Assembly (NCBI RefSeq): GCF_001194135.2
Contig: NC_068987.1
Span: 34,528,364 to 34,561,610 of the forward strand
Reading direction: 5' to 3'
DNA length: 33,247 nucleotides
Source of the DNA: Octopus bimaculoides
Taxonomy: Eukaryota
Part shown: positions 22,505 through 33,247 of the stretch, in pieces
Position numbering within the stretch: position 1 is the stretch's first letter
How the letters are laid out: each line of letters starts with the position of its first letter
Notes under the pieces: model-generated
Seen by the model: the letters and a program-made list of their open reading frames with translations, nothing else
What the model was told of the DNA's origin: nothing
The model's database searches: none
Translations under genes and position numbers: made by a program

Positions 22505-23278
22505 AATGGAAGTCTTTCGGGGTTCGGCAATGATGTCAGTGATGCCAGAGGTGGGAGCGGTACCCAAGAGCGTACGCACACGTAACAGCAGAAGTAGGGT
22601 TGGGGATCCTCTCGTTTCGTGCTTGTCGCCTCTGGTCCAGGCACTTGAGGCGCTTTTCCTCGAAAAACCTAGCAACATCTAAGACAGCTGGACGCTAGGT
22701 TCCACGGTCAGAGGCAAGCGATTCCCAGCCACGGGCTGATATGCCGTAGGCCTCAATGGAAGTTTTCAGGCTGTCCTTGTATCGCCTCAGTGGCCTCCCA
22801 GCGTTTTTTGCTCCAGAGGCCAGCACAGAGAAGATCATCTTTAGTAGAAATGCGTCATCGATTCGGAACACATGTCCGACCCACCGGAGCTGGGCCTTCA
22901 TGATGAGAGCTTCGATCCAGCCATTTCCGCTCTGCGAAACACCTCAGCGTTGGAGACTCTATCCTCCCAGGAAATTCCCATGATTCTTCGCAAGCAGCGG
23001 AGGTGGAATTGTTCAAATACTCTCATTTGCCTCCTTTACAGCGTCCACGACCCACAGCCGTAGGGCAGAGAGGTGATGAGGACTGCCCTATAGACTGCTA
23101 GCTAGGTGGAGAGTCTGATGCACCGATCGGCCCAAACACGTGTCCAAATTATACCAAACGAAGCCCCTGCTTTTGCAAGCCTCAGAGACAGATCTTTGTC
23201 CATGCAGCAGTTTGAGGATAGGCAGCTTCCTAGGTATGTAAATCTCTCCACGTTGTTCAGAGTTGTGCCAATAACTGT
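22505..23278 (-). mobile_element. RTE-clade LINE, 5'-truncated 3' end with (ATGT)n tail (~22468-22504)
   Basis: LNNVERFTYLGS; RLAKAGASFG; VYRAVLITSLPYGCGSWTL; EQFHLRCLRRIMGISWEDRVSNAEVF; QLRWVGHV.R.DD; GRPLRRYKDSLK; C-terminal C..C...H..H zinc finger; microsatellite tail typical of RTE. Confidence 0.95.
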
Positions 23279-24381
23279 GTGTTAACAGTGATAAGAATGA
23301 GCCACTCGATATAGATAGCGTTTAGCTGGAAATGACAAAAAAAAAACCATATAGGATGTCCAGGATGCGTTCAGCGTGACAAGAGTAATATAATCCAATA
23401 GCTTGCAGTGCTGAAAAGTTGGTCTGAAAAGCAGGATTCTGTTTCATGTTGAAAAAGTCATGTTAGTTGTCCCATGTACTACCACTGACTGTTGAGAATA
23501 GATGTTATTCGAGTCGAAGTAACCAAAGACGAGATTACCGCTGGACAATGGTCTGCGTTTCGTGTTAATAGGAGGCAAGCTCTGATATGTTGAAGTTGCC
23601 ATAGCACAACCATACTAATACGCGACAACAAACTCGGGTCCCTGTTTCACTACATATCTAATTTCTATTCACGTAAGGAAAGATTTGGATTGATTTTCGG
23701 GAAAAATGCAACATTCAACAGAAAAATTAACTGTGGTAGAAAGGCAGAACTCAATCCACCAGAACAGAGAGGCCAAATGAAATCGTGTGATAACGTCATT
23801 CGTTGTTATCATATACTTCCTATAATTTTTATCCCATTGGATTTATCATAACCTTGGAACAAATTTCAACATCATTATCGAAGAATCTTTTAAAGCTTTT
23901 AAAACTTTTATGCTGTATATATTCCGCAGATATTTCTTTTGATCAGGATACAGATATATCCATCCGAGAATGCTGTATGTTGGGGTCGCAGAGTGTCGTC
24001 TATTGATATTTTGTTTCAGTTCTGATGAACCTATTGGATTATTATTAAACATACTCATACAATCGAGTAGTATCACATGAACTGAAACAATGATTGCTAT
24101 CAGTGACTACAGTTTTTGGGGGTTAAAATTCCGCTGCTGTAAATATTTATCGGTGAAGTGATTCAACATTGGGTAACATTCCTCTTATAGCTTTTTGTTA
24201 ACTGCTTTATATATCTTTTTGAATTCGTGAAGCATTCTGCATATTATTGAAAGCACCGGGATATTATGTAGTTTAAATAGCAAAGACGGAGTGGAGACAA
24301 TAAAACTTACATGTTCTAAGGTAATTTGAATGGGACTCGGATATAATGTAAAGATGTTCCTATTATTTTTAAATTAATAAA

Positions 24382-24598
24382 GGCGTCGATCTGGAAGAAT
24401 CCTTAGCACGCCGGGCAAAGTGCGTAGCAGAACTTCGCCTGTCTTAATGTTCGAGTACAAATTCCGCCGAGGTCGACATTTCCTTTCATCCTTTCGAGAT
24501 CAATAAATTAAATACTAGTGAAACACTGGGGTTGATGGAATCGACAAATATCCTCCCCAACAATTTCAGACCTTGTGCCTTCAGTAGGAAAGATTATT
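24382..24598 (+). mobile_element. tRNA-derived SINE (second family) with conserved central domain
   Basis: Head GGCGTCGATCTGGAAGAATCCTTAGC...GAGTACAAATTCCGCC (A/B-box-like); central GAGGTCGAC.TT.CCTTTCATCCTTTCGAGATCAATAAATTAA.TAC motif of the type shared among metazoan SINEs; ends GGAAAGATTATT. Confidence 0.8.
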
Positions 24599-25559
24599 TT
24601 TAAATTTAGAAAAGTAGAGACACTAAGAGATTTAGGCTTGTTTTTGTCACAGGGAAACTTTTAAAAACACACTTTAAACGATTTTCTACGGTTGCAAATC
24701 TGTTACCACACACACACAATTATGAAATCATACACATGTGCGTGCACGCATACACCAACACTCACTCACATATTTACATATAATAAGTGTGAGTGTGTTT
24801 GTCTGCTAGGGTAGCAAACACTCAACATATATATTGGAATATACATACACATCGAAATTGATATAATTGTGGAGTTACCATGCCCATTAACAACTTTTAA
24901 TTACAAACAGAGTATGTACACTCGCTAGTGCAACATTAAATCAACAAAGACACCCAACAAATTTCATTAGAAGCAAAATAAATACGGGAAATATAAGAAT
25001 GTAATGTCGACAATCTGCTGTAAACACATTTATTACTTAATAATTTATAGAGCAAAATGGTTCCTTGCCTAGCTAGAACTTTTGTTCTATTGAAGCCAGC
25101 ACAGCACGTCATTATAGCGTAATAAGGATCGTTTGTAACGGTATATTGTATACGATGATATTACACCATTAAAGAAATATTTCCGCAACTCAAAGACATT
25201 TATGCTAACTTATTTTGCCCTACGTCATTATTTTGTTTGTAATGGCAACGTCGACGCACAACAGGTGTTCTATTATATAATTTCAGTATACAATTATTTA
25301 ACTGGCAGTTCAATAATGTATTAGTTCACTATCGATATTGTATTTATACTTCTGCTAGTGGTCCTGTCCATTAATAATTTGAGTGTTATTTTTGTTCTTT
25401 CCTATTCCTTTGTAGCTACATTTTATATTGTTGCTGTTTCTATAAACAGTATTATGTAAATAACATTGATGAAATATTGAGACAATGTGTAATAGATTTT
25501 GCTTCACCTGATATGTAGTGTTAGTTATTTTGGCGTTGATAACATTCAGAAAGAAAGAC

Positions 25560-26260
25560 CAGCCTGGGTGTGCGTAGTAACAATGAAACTAAAAGGAAAC
25601 GTGGTTGTTAAAATAGTTTTCGATATGGAGAGAAGTCACATTCTGAGAATATATCTTTTGCAGAGGAAGACATGTATCAGATTCACTGCGCCCTGATAAG
25701 CGTATAACGTGTTCAGAAATCAGCAGCTTAAACCACATGACCGTAGGTGTTGTAGCAACAGAATTACTCTCGGCTAGGAATTTTTTGGTAGCGGAAACGA
25801 CAGAATTGAAACAACGTATCTTGGTAGGAAGAACAACGAAGTGGATCACATATGAAATAAACATCATAGAAAAATTACTTCCGAATGAGAATTTCTCTGA
25901 CACTTAGACATTATGGGTGTTTAAAATTTCAGGAAAACAACAATTTGGAGAATGTAGGTCGGAAGGGATGTAGGCATTACCGCGCAATAGTTATGTTATG
26001 TACCTTCACGTGTTATTATCAACCCGATTAGTGGTCTAAGAATCAAACATGTTCGAAATATCAGCATTCGATAAATATGTATTAAATTAAACATCCATTT
26101 TCATAAAGCTTGCATGATCTGAATTGCGTGAGATGTAGCTGGTCCTTTTGTTAGAAAGATCCACCGAAAGGAGAATTTCTCAAAGAGTGGTTCTCTTCCT
26201 GCTTGAGAGAAATAAAAACGGATGTGAAATGTAGAACAAAGTTATATGAAGTAAAAGTTA
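25560..26260 (+). mobile_element. Second, heavily decayed mariner-like transposase relic with internal deletion
   Basis: SFRYGEKS..RGRH (F..G..S.ED..RSGRP-like); LRPDKRITCSEIS...MTVGVV (DRRIT.REI HTH); SAR; ELKQR; D..TLWVF....KQQ..E.R..G (DETW...KQQS.EW); C-terminus LPA*EK..VEQSYMK*. Confidence 0.5.
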
Positions 26261-27123
26261 TTTATCTTTCATTTAAATGTATGCAAACTAATTTTCAAAG
26301 TGGACAATAAATGAACGTGTAAATCGAAAAAAAAATCTTGAACAAATTACTTACATGACAAACGCACTGAACCAGAGAAATCTCATGGTTCAGTAGCAGT
26401 CACATTAGTTCAAGCAGAGTAGGTCGATGGTGTAATAAAAATTGCAGTGGAATAAATTAGTTTCATGGTTCAGCGACAATCAAAGTGAATTTAGTGAAAA
26501 ATAAAAATCAACTTCGAAAGCATGACAGCACTTCCATTATTCATTCAGAAATTTCATCAGAGATATAGCTCAAATGCTCATTAACAAATACTATGCCAAT
26601 AAGTTTACAAGTGAATCTGCCTTGAAACACAAAACACTAATATTTTCATTTAGAATTAATTACAGTATTCTAGATTATTTATCAGTAGCATATGGTAGCT
26701 GGATGATAAGTGAAAGACCTCGATAATATTGGCGATAACATTGTGGTCGTCTTTTACAAATACTATCAAACAGAATTGCGTATCCGATATTTTATTATTT
26801 CTAGTTATGTCTATGCAGATATTTTCCAAAGTTATCACTGATTCCATATGTTAAGAGGGTGAGATATGTTTGAAATCTCCAACAAATTTTACTCTTTTAA
26901 CGTATTGAAGAATAAAATATTATTCTTATTAGCTAAAACAACGTTGTAAGGCTTGTAAAGCTCCAATAAGATGTTTATAATGTCGATGATATTGTTGCAA
27001 TATTAGTGGTAAAATACAAAGATAATGAAGAAAGCAAAAAGGCATCAGAGGGGTGACGCATACCCTACACATAGATAATTTCTTTTGCAAATTTTAATGT
27101 GGATTACAATGCACTGCTTTCGC

Positions 27124-27480
27124 ACCAACCTACCTACCAACCTACTTACCAACCTACCTACCTACCTACCAACCTACCTACCAACCTACCTACCTACCAA
27201 CCTACCTACCAACCTACCTACCAACCTACCTACCAACCTACTTACCAACCTACCTACCAACCTACCAACCTACCTACACACCTACATACCTACCTACATA
27301 CCTACATACCTACTTACCAACCTACCTGCCTACCAACCTACCTACCAACCTACTTACCAACCAACCTACCTACCTACCAACCTACCTAGCTACCTACTAA
27401 CCTACCTACCAACCTACCTACCTACCTACCTACCTGCCTACCTACCTAACAGACTAACTAACTAACTAACTAACTAACTA
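27124..27480. repeat. Tandem array of 12-bp ACCAACCTACCT units with (CCTA)n variants, ending in (ACTA)n at 27453-27480
   Basis: Direct reading; about 330 bp of CCTA/CCAA tetramers in a 2:1 higher-order pattern. Confidence 0.97.
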
Positions 27481-27811
27481 TCTTACGAAGTGGTTTCTAC
27501 TATGCAAAGAAATATTCTGCCTACTCGGGTTTTCCTGCGTAAAGAAAAGGGTGGTGTGACGCGCAGCACTTTCCAGCTTCTTTGGCCTTCTAAAGGGTCT
27601 ATAAGCATCGGACTCCAAGTCCAGAGTGAGATCAAAGAAATCCACGGATTTCAGTATAGTTTCTATCAGGACCCTCAGTCCAAGGACATTCGTGGTGCTG
27701 GTGAGGTCCTTCCTAAGCTTATACATACATCTAAATACATATATACATATTTGTTATGCCTTTCAACCATGTGGATGCGGTCAAACTTGAGCACCACCGA
27801 GATTTTCTACT
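27481..27811 (-). mobile_element. Penelope-like RT fragment PLE-D (post-YxDD, motif 7 and start of thumb)
   Basis: VENLGGAQV.DRI, ~55-bp insertion, LRKDLT...LGLRVLIE..LKSVDFFDLTLDLESDAYRPFRRP (VDFLDLTL...Y.P.RKP typical of PLE RT). Confidence 0.8.
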
Positions 27812-27814
27812 TTT

Positions 27815-29820
27815 ACATATTCTTGTTTAGCTGATTTACTGAGGGCCGCGGGATTTCACATCATCACTACTGCGTATCCTTTTTCCCTTGTTTCTTACCT
27901 CATTTGTTGTATGACGGAGTTTAAGACTAAGGCACCCATCTCTGACTCATATAAAGCCGTTTGTTTATCCACTTCAGTGGTAGGAGAATGTCCACTTCCT
28001 TTTTGGAGACATCCATGTCTACATTGTCTAGGTTTCCTTAATTTTGTTTTGCTGGGCATTGAAGACCTATGGCCTTTTTAAATCTAAGTGATTGAAGTTA
28101 TTCGTCCTGATTTTAGATGGTCTGAATGGTAGATTTGGTACAATAAAAGCGTGTTAATTTCTGGAATTTGTTCAACACTCAATAATAAAATTAGGTATTA
28201 TCTCTACTAGAATTTTCTAATTGCAGATTATTTGCCCTAGGGAGTATAGTCGTATTTTTTGCAGCCTCTCCCTGTGGTTCATCTGCTGTACAGTTACAGT
28301 CGGTTTGGTATAGTAACGTCGGACCGATTCAAGTTCCGCTCTTAGTTTGGCGCTATAGGATGGCCGTAGATTAGAGCAGTAATGAGAGCAATCGGCTGCG
28401 AACAAAGCTCCACCAAAGAACTTCGTCTCTTGTCTTGACCGGTGTTAGCATCACTCTTGCCATTTATCTGCAGTTTGTTGCCATGTGCATATTAAATGCT
28501 CTCACTATCATTGATTCTGAGATTGCAGTACCTTTGGCTCCTGTATGTGCAGGCTGCGGCACATTTGTGAGCTGACAGTGCAGTGATTGAAGTTTTGTAG
28601 AATTAAACTGATTGTCGTTTTCTTCAGATCACTTGTATATTGCATTTAGGTCTACATTGCATAAGATTACGAGATAGAATGTGTTCTTTATTGATTGTGA
28701 CGATTTGGTATCTGGGGCGTAGCTAGTGACAATGGCTGTCTGAGTGACCATTGGCATGCCCCAGAGAGCGATTAAAACAGTAATATACCCAAGAGTCCCC
28801 ATTCAGAATTTGTGTTTCTTCAGATACGATACCATTGGTTGCAAATGCATGAATTCTATATTTTAAGAAATTAAGGCAGCCACTCTTTCAGATTACTAGC
28901 TATACCAAGGTTTCGCAGCTTGAGACATATCATGCTATGTTCTATCTCATCAAAGGCGTTTGCGAAGTCAAGATATATGCCATTGACACTTGATTAGTCA
29001 AGCAGCTTCTTTAAAACCAACAGAGCTGTAAGAGCTGTGTGAGCCAGCCTCTCCGTGAGTGGAAGCCATGCTGTGTACGTTTCGATATGTCATTTTCTTC
29101 AAGGAAGTCAGAGAAATTGGTCTGTAGTTTTTAGCCTCTGTACCGCCCACACATTCATGAATAATGCATATAATACATTCTTTTAGCATTTTAGGAAGTT
29201 TGCCATTTGCAAAGTAACTTTGGAAAGGGAACTGAAGTATTTTCGCTAAACCTTCTTATATGACAATCAGGAGGATCACTACGAAGCCATTTGGGTCAGT
29301 TGCTGAGCTTAAGCTATTTTTTCTGTGGCCACTGGTACACCTACTTCCTCTACGTTGCTTTAACCGATGGCTGCCACCTTTGTTTGGAGGTCTGCCATGT
29401 TAAAGAATTCAGCCGGGTTTTTTTTTAATCTGAAAATGCCGCAGGAGGGGGGCGAAGTCACGTTTAAATTGCTCACTAACACTTCATTTGTTCCTTTTCG
29501 CATCTGCTGTCAGTGGCCTATTTAAATGCAGCCATGGTCGTATTTGTACTGAACTGTGGTTGTTACATTTGAAACTTTATACAAAGCTTTAAGACTTGTT
29601 TTAATGCTTTCTGCAGCTATATTTTCTCTTCTTCTTCTCTCTCACTCTTCTTCTCTTTCCTTTTCATGGGAGAGTTCGTTTTCCTTTCCATTTTGTATGA
29701 GTATCCGTCTTAAATCAGACATTTCCTTATTCATCAGTAGCCTATTCAGCTACTTTTATATCTTTGATCTGTGTTGGAATGCACGAAATTTATGCAAGTA
29801 CGTAGTATTTACAACTCCAT
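27815..29820 (-). mobile_element. CR1/L2-group LINE, 5'-truncated and decayed (RT plus 3' end)
   Basis: IKTSLKALYK; SATDPNGF (SAAGPDG-like); GKLPKMLKE..IC.IH; KNYRPISLTS; IYLDFANAFDEIEH; YAPDTK (YADDTK mutated, 28722-28704); DCSHYCS.L.P; ELESVRRYYTK; ERLQKIRLYSL. Confidence 0.92.
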
Positions 29821-29879
29821 AAGAACTAAATGGGTATAACATTAGTATTTCGAGTCGGAGTGTAATGCTGAGTGTAAGC

Positions 29880-30070
29880 AGGAGGTTACTTCATCTATCT
29901 GTCTATATACATATATATTTACAGAGCCACACTCACTCACGGATTCTGTCTCTCTCTCACACACGCACACTCACGAACACACACACAGACACGCGTGCAC
30001 ACACACATACGCATAGACATAGACATACACACACGTACACACACGCGCGCACACACGCATCCACACATGG
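29880..30070. repeat. Degenerate (CA)/(CT) low-complexity tract
   Basis: Direct reading. Confidence 0.9.
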
Positions 30071-31899
30071 TTATTAAGCGCAAATGTGAAATCCAACGTT
30101 TGAGTTCTTCATATCGACAACATTTATAATTTTGTTTATAAGAGATAACGATCTACTGAAGAGATTATCAAATTTGTAAAATTGATAGCGTTAGCGAATA
30201 TTTATTTGCTTCGTTTATTGGATCGATAAATTTCATTAGATTACGTTGACTCATAGATATCTGGAGGATATAATAATATGTTTGAATAAATATGAAAATA
30301 TTGCTGTAGCCAACTAACGAATTCATACAGTTTCCACATTATAAATAAGCTTTGATACGAAATGAGATTCAATGTTAAATATGCAAAGATAATATATTAC
30401 TAATGTTTAAAATTCAGACTTTGGGGATCAGAAATCAAATGTTGCGATGTTGTATGTTAAAATTTTTCACAAAAATAGAATGAAAAAAATTAAACTTTGG
30501 CATTGGATTGTGTATGGCATCTTGGCAAGATTTGTTCTACTAAGCAACAAATACTAGTTTCTTATATTCCAAGCAAAATCTCACAAGACTGAACTTATTG
30601 CTAAAGATGATTGTTGTGAGTTTGCTTACAATTATCAATATCAACAACAACGTTATTCCTCCTCTCGCTATAGAGGTTTACTATATCAAGACGAAAGGGT
30701 ATACACTTTCTTTTCTTTGGAATCCAAGCTGACGCATGAAGACTATTTTGAACCACATTCATGAAATTGTGACGGGACAGTTACATCACGGGGACACCAG
30801 TCTCCCTATCACAATCGGTGTTTTTAGTAATACCTTGTATATCGGGTGTCTATCTTCCGGCTAAACTTAAACATATTTCCCGAATTTCATCTAGAATTCT
30901 CACTCAGGATAGTTATGTTATGATTGCTTTCATAATACTACAGAAACAAATTGGAAGAACGAATGACAATATAATTTCTAAGACTGAAGACGGAAAACAT
31001 GGGAAAACACAATTCTCTTGTTGTACTCTTTTTATTAGTAACATTATTAAATTTGCAAGATTTTTCTTTTTTTTTAATTGATAATTTGATATTTTATAAA
31101 TCTTTTGTGCATTCTTCAGATGCCAAAGAATCTTAGCACTGTCAAATAGAAGTTTCCGTTCATGCAGTTGCATTGCGTAACTACTTCTGTTGTACGGGAA
31201 GTACCAATGTTATGGATTTCGCAGTATCCGATAACAATCAAAACAATATTTGTCTTCTTCATATCAGTTGGAGAAAGTGAGATAAGAAAAGTCTGTTACA
31301 ATGCAATATTCCTTGATTTGATTCTTTGTAAAGCATTTCCTCTGATATACCCACTGGTCTGTAATATGCACAATTTATCGAAAAGATATAAAGGATTTGG
31401 AGCTATATGCAATGGTTGTTGAACACATATACAAATGTAATCGAATCAAATGTTCGAACTCGATAGATATCAATTGAATGTGGTAGAATGAGAAGGAGAA
31501 TATTGGTATGTACACGCACGTAAACATAAAGGTCAAACGGGAAATCTTTGCTAATCAGCCATTACATGCTCGCCGAAACAAAATAGTTAAATAGGAGGAA
31601 GGTACCCCAAAGAACAAATGGATGCTTGCAACAGAGTGAACACTATAAAAATCACCTGAATTTTCTAGTGTTGATTGGAAATTTGTCAGAGAATATAGTT
31701 CATTAACGCGACGAAAAGGAATAATTATCACAGCATTTCACAGTAGACGCCCACACAAATCGGCAGTCCGTTGTATATTTCGTGCCGACGTCAAAAAAAT
31801 GAAATGTAAAAATTCTTATAATAAAAAACCGGAACAAAGAAATGACAACGATCAAAATATATCATGTATTAGCTGCACAAAGATAGTGAGAAAAAGATA

Positions 31900-31982
31900 G
31901 GTATGTATGTATCTATCTATCTATCTATCTATATACAAAAATATAGATTCATATAGATACAGATAGATAGATATAAATATTC

Positions 31983-32042
<60 letters not shown>

Positions 32043-32080
32043 ACACACGCACACACATACAGACACACACACACACACTT
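31900..32080. repeat. Compound (TATC)(TA)(TG)(CA) microsatellite
   Basis: Direct reading. Confidence 0.95.
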
Positions 32081-32764
32081 ATATATATGCATGCATTCCT
32101 GTGTGAGTGTGTCTCGGTGTGTGCAAGTGAGTTAATGTGTATGGAGCATCCGTATTCGAAAAAATATTCTTTAATTAAAAATTATCATTGATATTAAAAA
32201 ATCCTTTAAAACAAACTGACACGAACATTTTAAGCGCACACGCTGTTTAGCTTTTCAAAACGTGTTTAAAAAGTTATAAACACCAAGACTGCTTAACTCA
32301 GTACGGACTCTTCCTTCCAAAATATTCGTGCCATTTTGTTTTTCGTACTATTTCTCTTATAATTAACCACTTTCATTTAAGAATACATACATACATAAAT
32401 ATATAAAGAATTATTAGTGCTAAGCAATGTTTATTGTGTGAGCAGAATTAGGTGAGTTGAAATATGTTTGTTACATATTTCAACTTCTAAAAGGCATTGT
32501 AATTAACGTGATGAAAAAATCTCACTTATGTTAAAAACACCCGATGGTTCGAAAGTTGCCATTTATTAGGGATCTCAGACATCGATATTCGAAACTTCTT
32601 ATCTATTTTCGATGAGATTTACCGAAGAGAGGCCACTCTAAACGGTCTTATAAAGCTACAGCTTTGCGTATAATTCAGTCAACACTTTGACTGATTTGCC
32701 CGAGGAGATCGTCCGATCGAAGGAAAATAACAATTTGTTAGCACTAAGCAGTGTTTATGTATGG

Positions 32765-32964
32765 GCAGAATTATGTAAACTGAAATGTACTTATTATTCA
32801 CATTATTTACACTATTTACATTCGACGGATATTTGTCCTCATCTTGTTTGTTGTTAACACGTTTCGGCTGATATACCCTCAAGGCATCTTCAGGGGTCTT
32901 AGGGAAATTTCTAACCTAGATTCTCATTCCTAAGGTATTTTTCAATATTATTATTATTATTATG

Positions 32965-33027
<63 letters not shown>

Positions 33028-33119
33028 GCTAGTGTTCAGGTCACTGCTTGGAATCGAACTAGGAATCTCGGGGTTAGTAGCTCGTGCTATTAAACACTAA
33101 GTCATATGCCCGTGGGCAT
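32765..33119 (-). mobile_element. tRNA-headed SINE with internal (AAT)n and a hammerhead-like motif in its 3' body
   Basis: Head GGGCATATGACTTAGTGTTTAATAGC...AGTTCGATTCCAAGC (A box and B box GTTCGATTCC); (AAT)n 33027-32946; body with CTGAAGA...CAGCCGAAAC; tail TGTAAATAGTGTAAATAATG. Confidence 0.85.
32853..32897 (-). ncRNA. Hammerhead-like motif inside the SINE
   Basis: CCC-CTGAAGA-TGCCTTG[agggtatat]CAGCC-GAAA-CGTGTTAAC: intact CUGAAGA and GAAA cores; stem II partly mismatched; stem I/III imperfect in this copy. Confidence 0.6.
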
Positions 33120-33247
33120 ATAATGAAAATAAAAACAATAATAATAAAAATGATAATAATAATAATAATAATAATGACACTATGTACAAATCCAAATATA
33201 TGGTACCCAAGGCATAACACATACATGAACTTCTAACTTGTTGTCTC

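Noticed and set aside
27124-27480. Interstitial telomere or PTY/TNL repeat protein
   Set aside because: Units are TAGG/TTGG, not TTAGGG or TTAGG; the ORFs are repeat translations.
29718-29737. CTGATGA-ATAAG-GAAA-TGTC on the minus strand as a hammerhead
   Set aside because: No pairable stem II or stem I, and it lies inside LINE coding sequence, so it is likely a chance match.
29820-29900. Missing upstream half of PLE-D on the far side of the CR1-like LINE (nested insertion)
   Set aside because: No YxDD or other PLE motif and no target-site duplication could be found there.
30800-31422. Cluster of short ORFs and an acceptor/donor pair at 31119-31277
   Set aside because: All three plus-strand frames after the acceptor hit stops, and no recognisable domain appears on either strand.
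33030-33119. tRNA gene (also 10110-10170, 24382-24460, 881-928)
   Set aside because: A/B-box-like motifs are present but there is no complete cloverleaf, and they run into SINE bodies or microsatellites.

Overview
AT-rich, microsatellite-dense eukaryotic genomic DNA with five N-gaps. The repeat content resembles an octopus (cephalopod) short-read assembly; this is inferred from recalled repeat families and is not verifiable here. No host protein-coding gene, rRNA, true tRNA or CRISPR array can be supported, and most ORFs in the supplied track are microsatellite, gap or antisense artefacts. The window is a graveyard of decayed mobile elements: five Penelope-like element (PLE) segments carrying RT and/or GIY-YIG remnants, two mariner transposase relics, RTE, CR1-like and probable L2-like LINE fragments, and several tRNA-derived SINEs. 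Structure not explained by a simple TE list includes (i) several hammerhead-ribozyme (HHR) motifs, one inside a tRNA-headed SINE, (ii) PLEs repeatedly preceded by an inverted 3'-end module, including a ~2.4-kb fold-back PLE, (iii) a ~240-bp hairpin with perfect 40-bp outer arms, (iv) a 12-bp TAGG/TTGG array starting exactly at a broken PLE RT end, and (v) a SINE and a LINE that appear to share a 3' tail. All alignments and translations were done by eye, and element boundaries are approximate.
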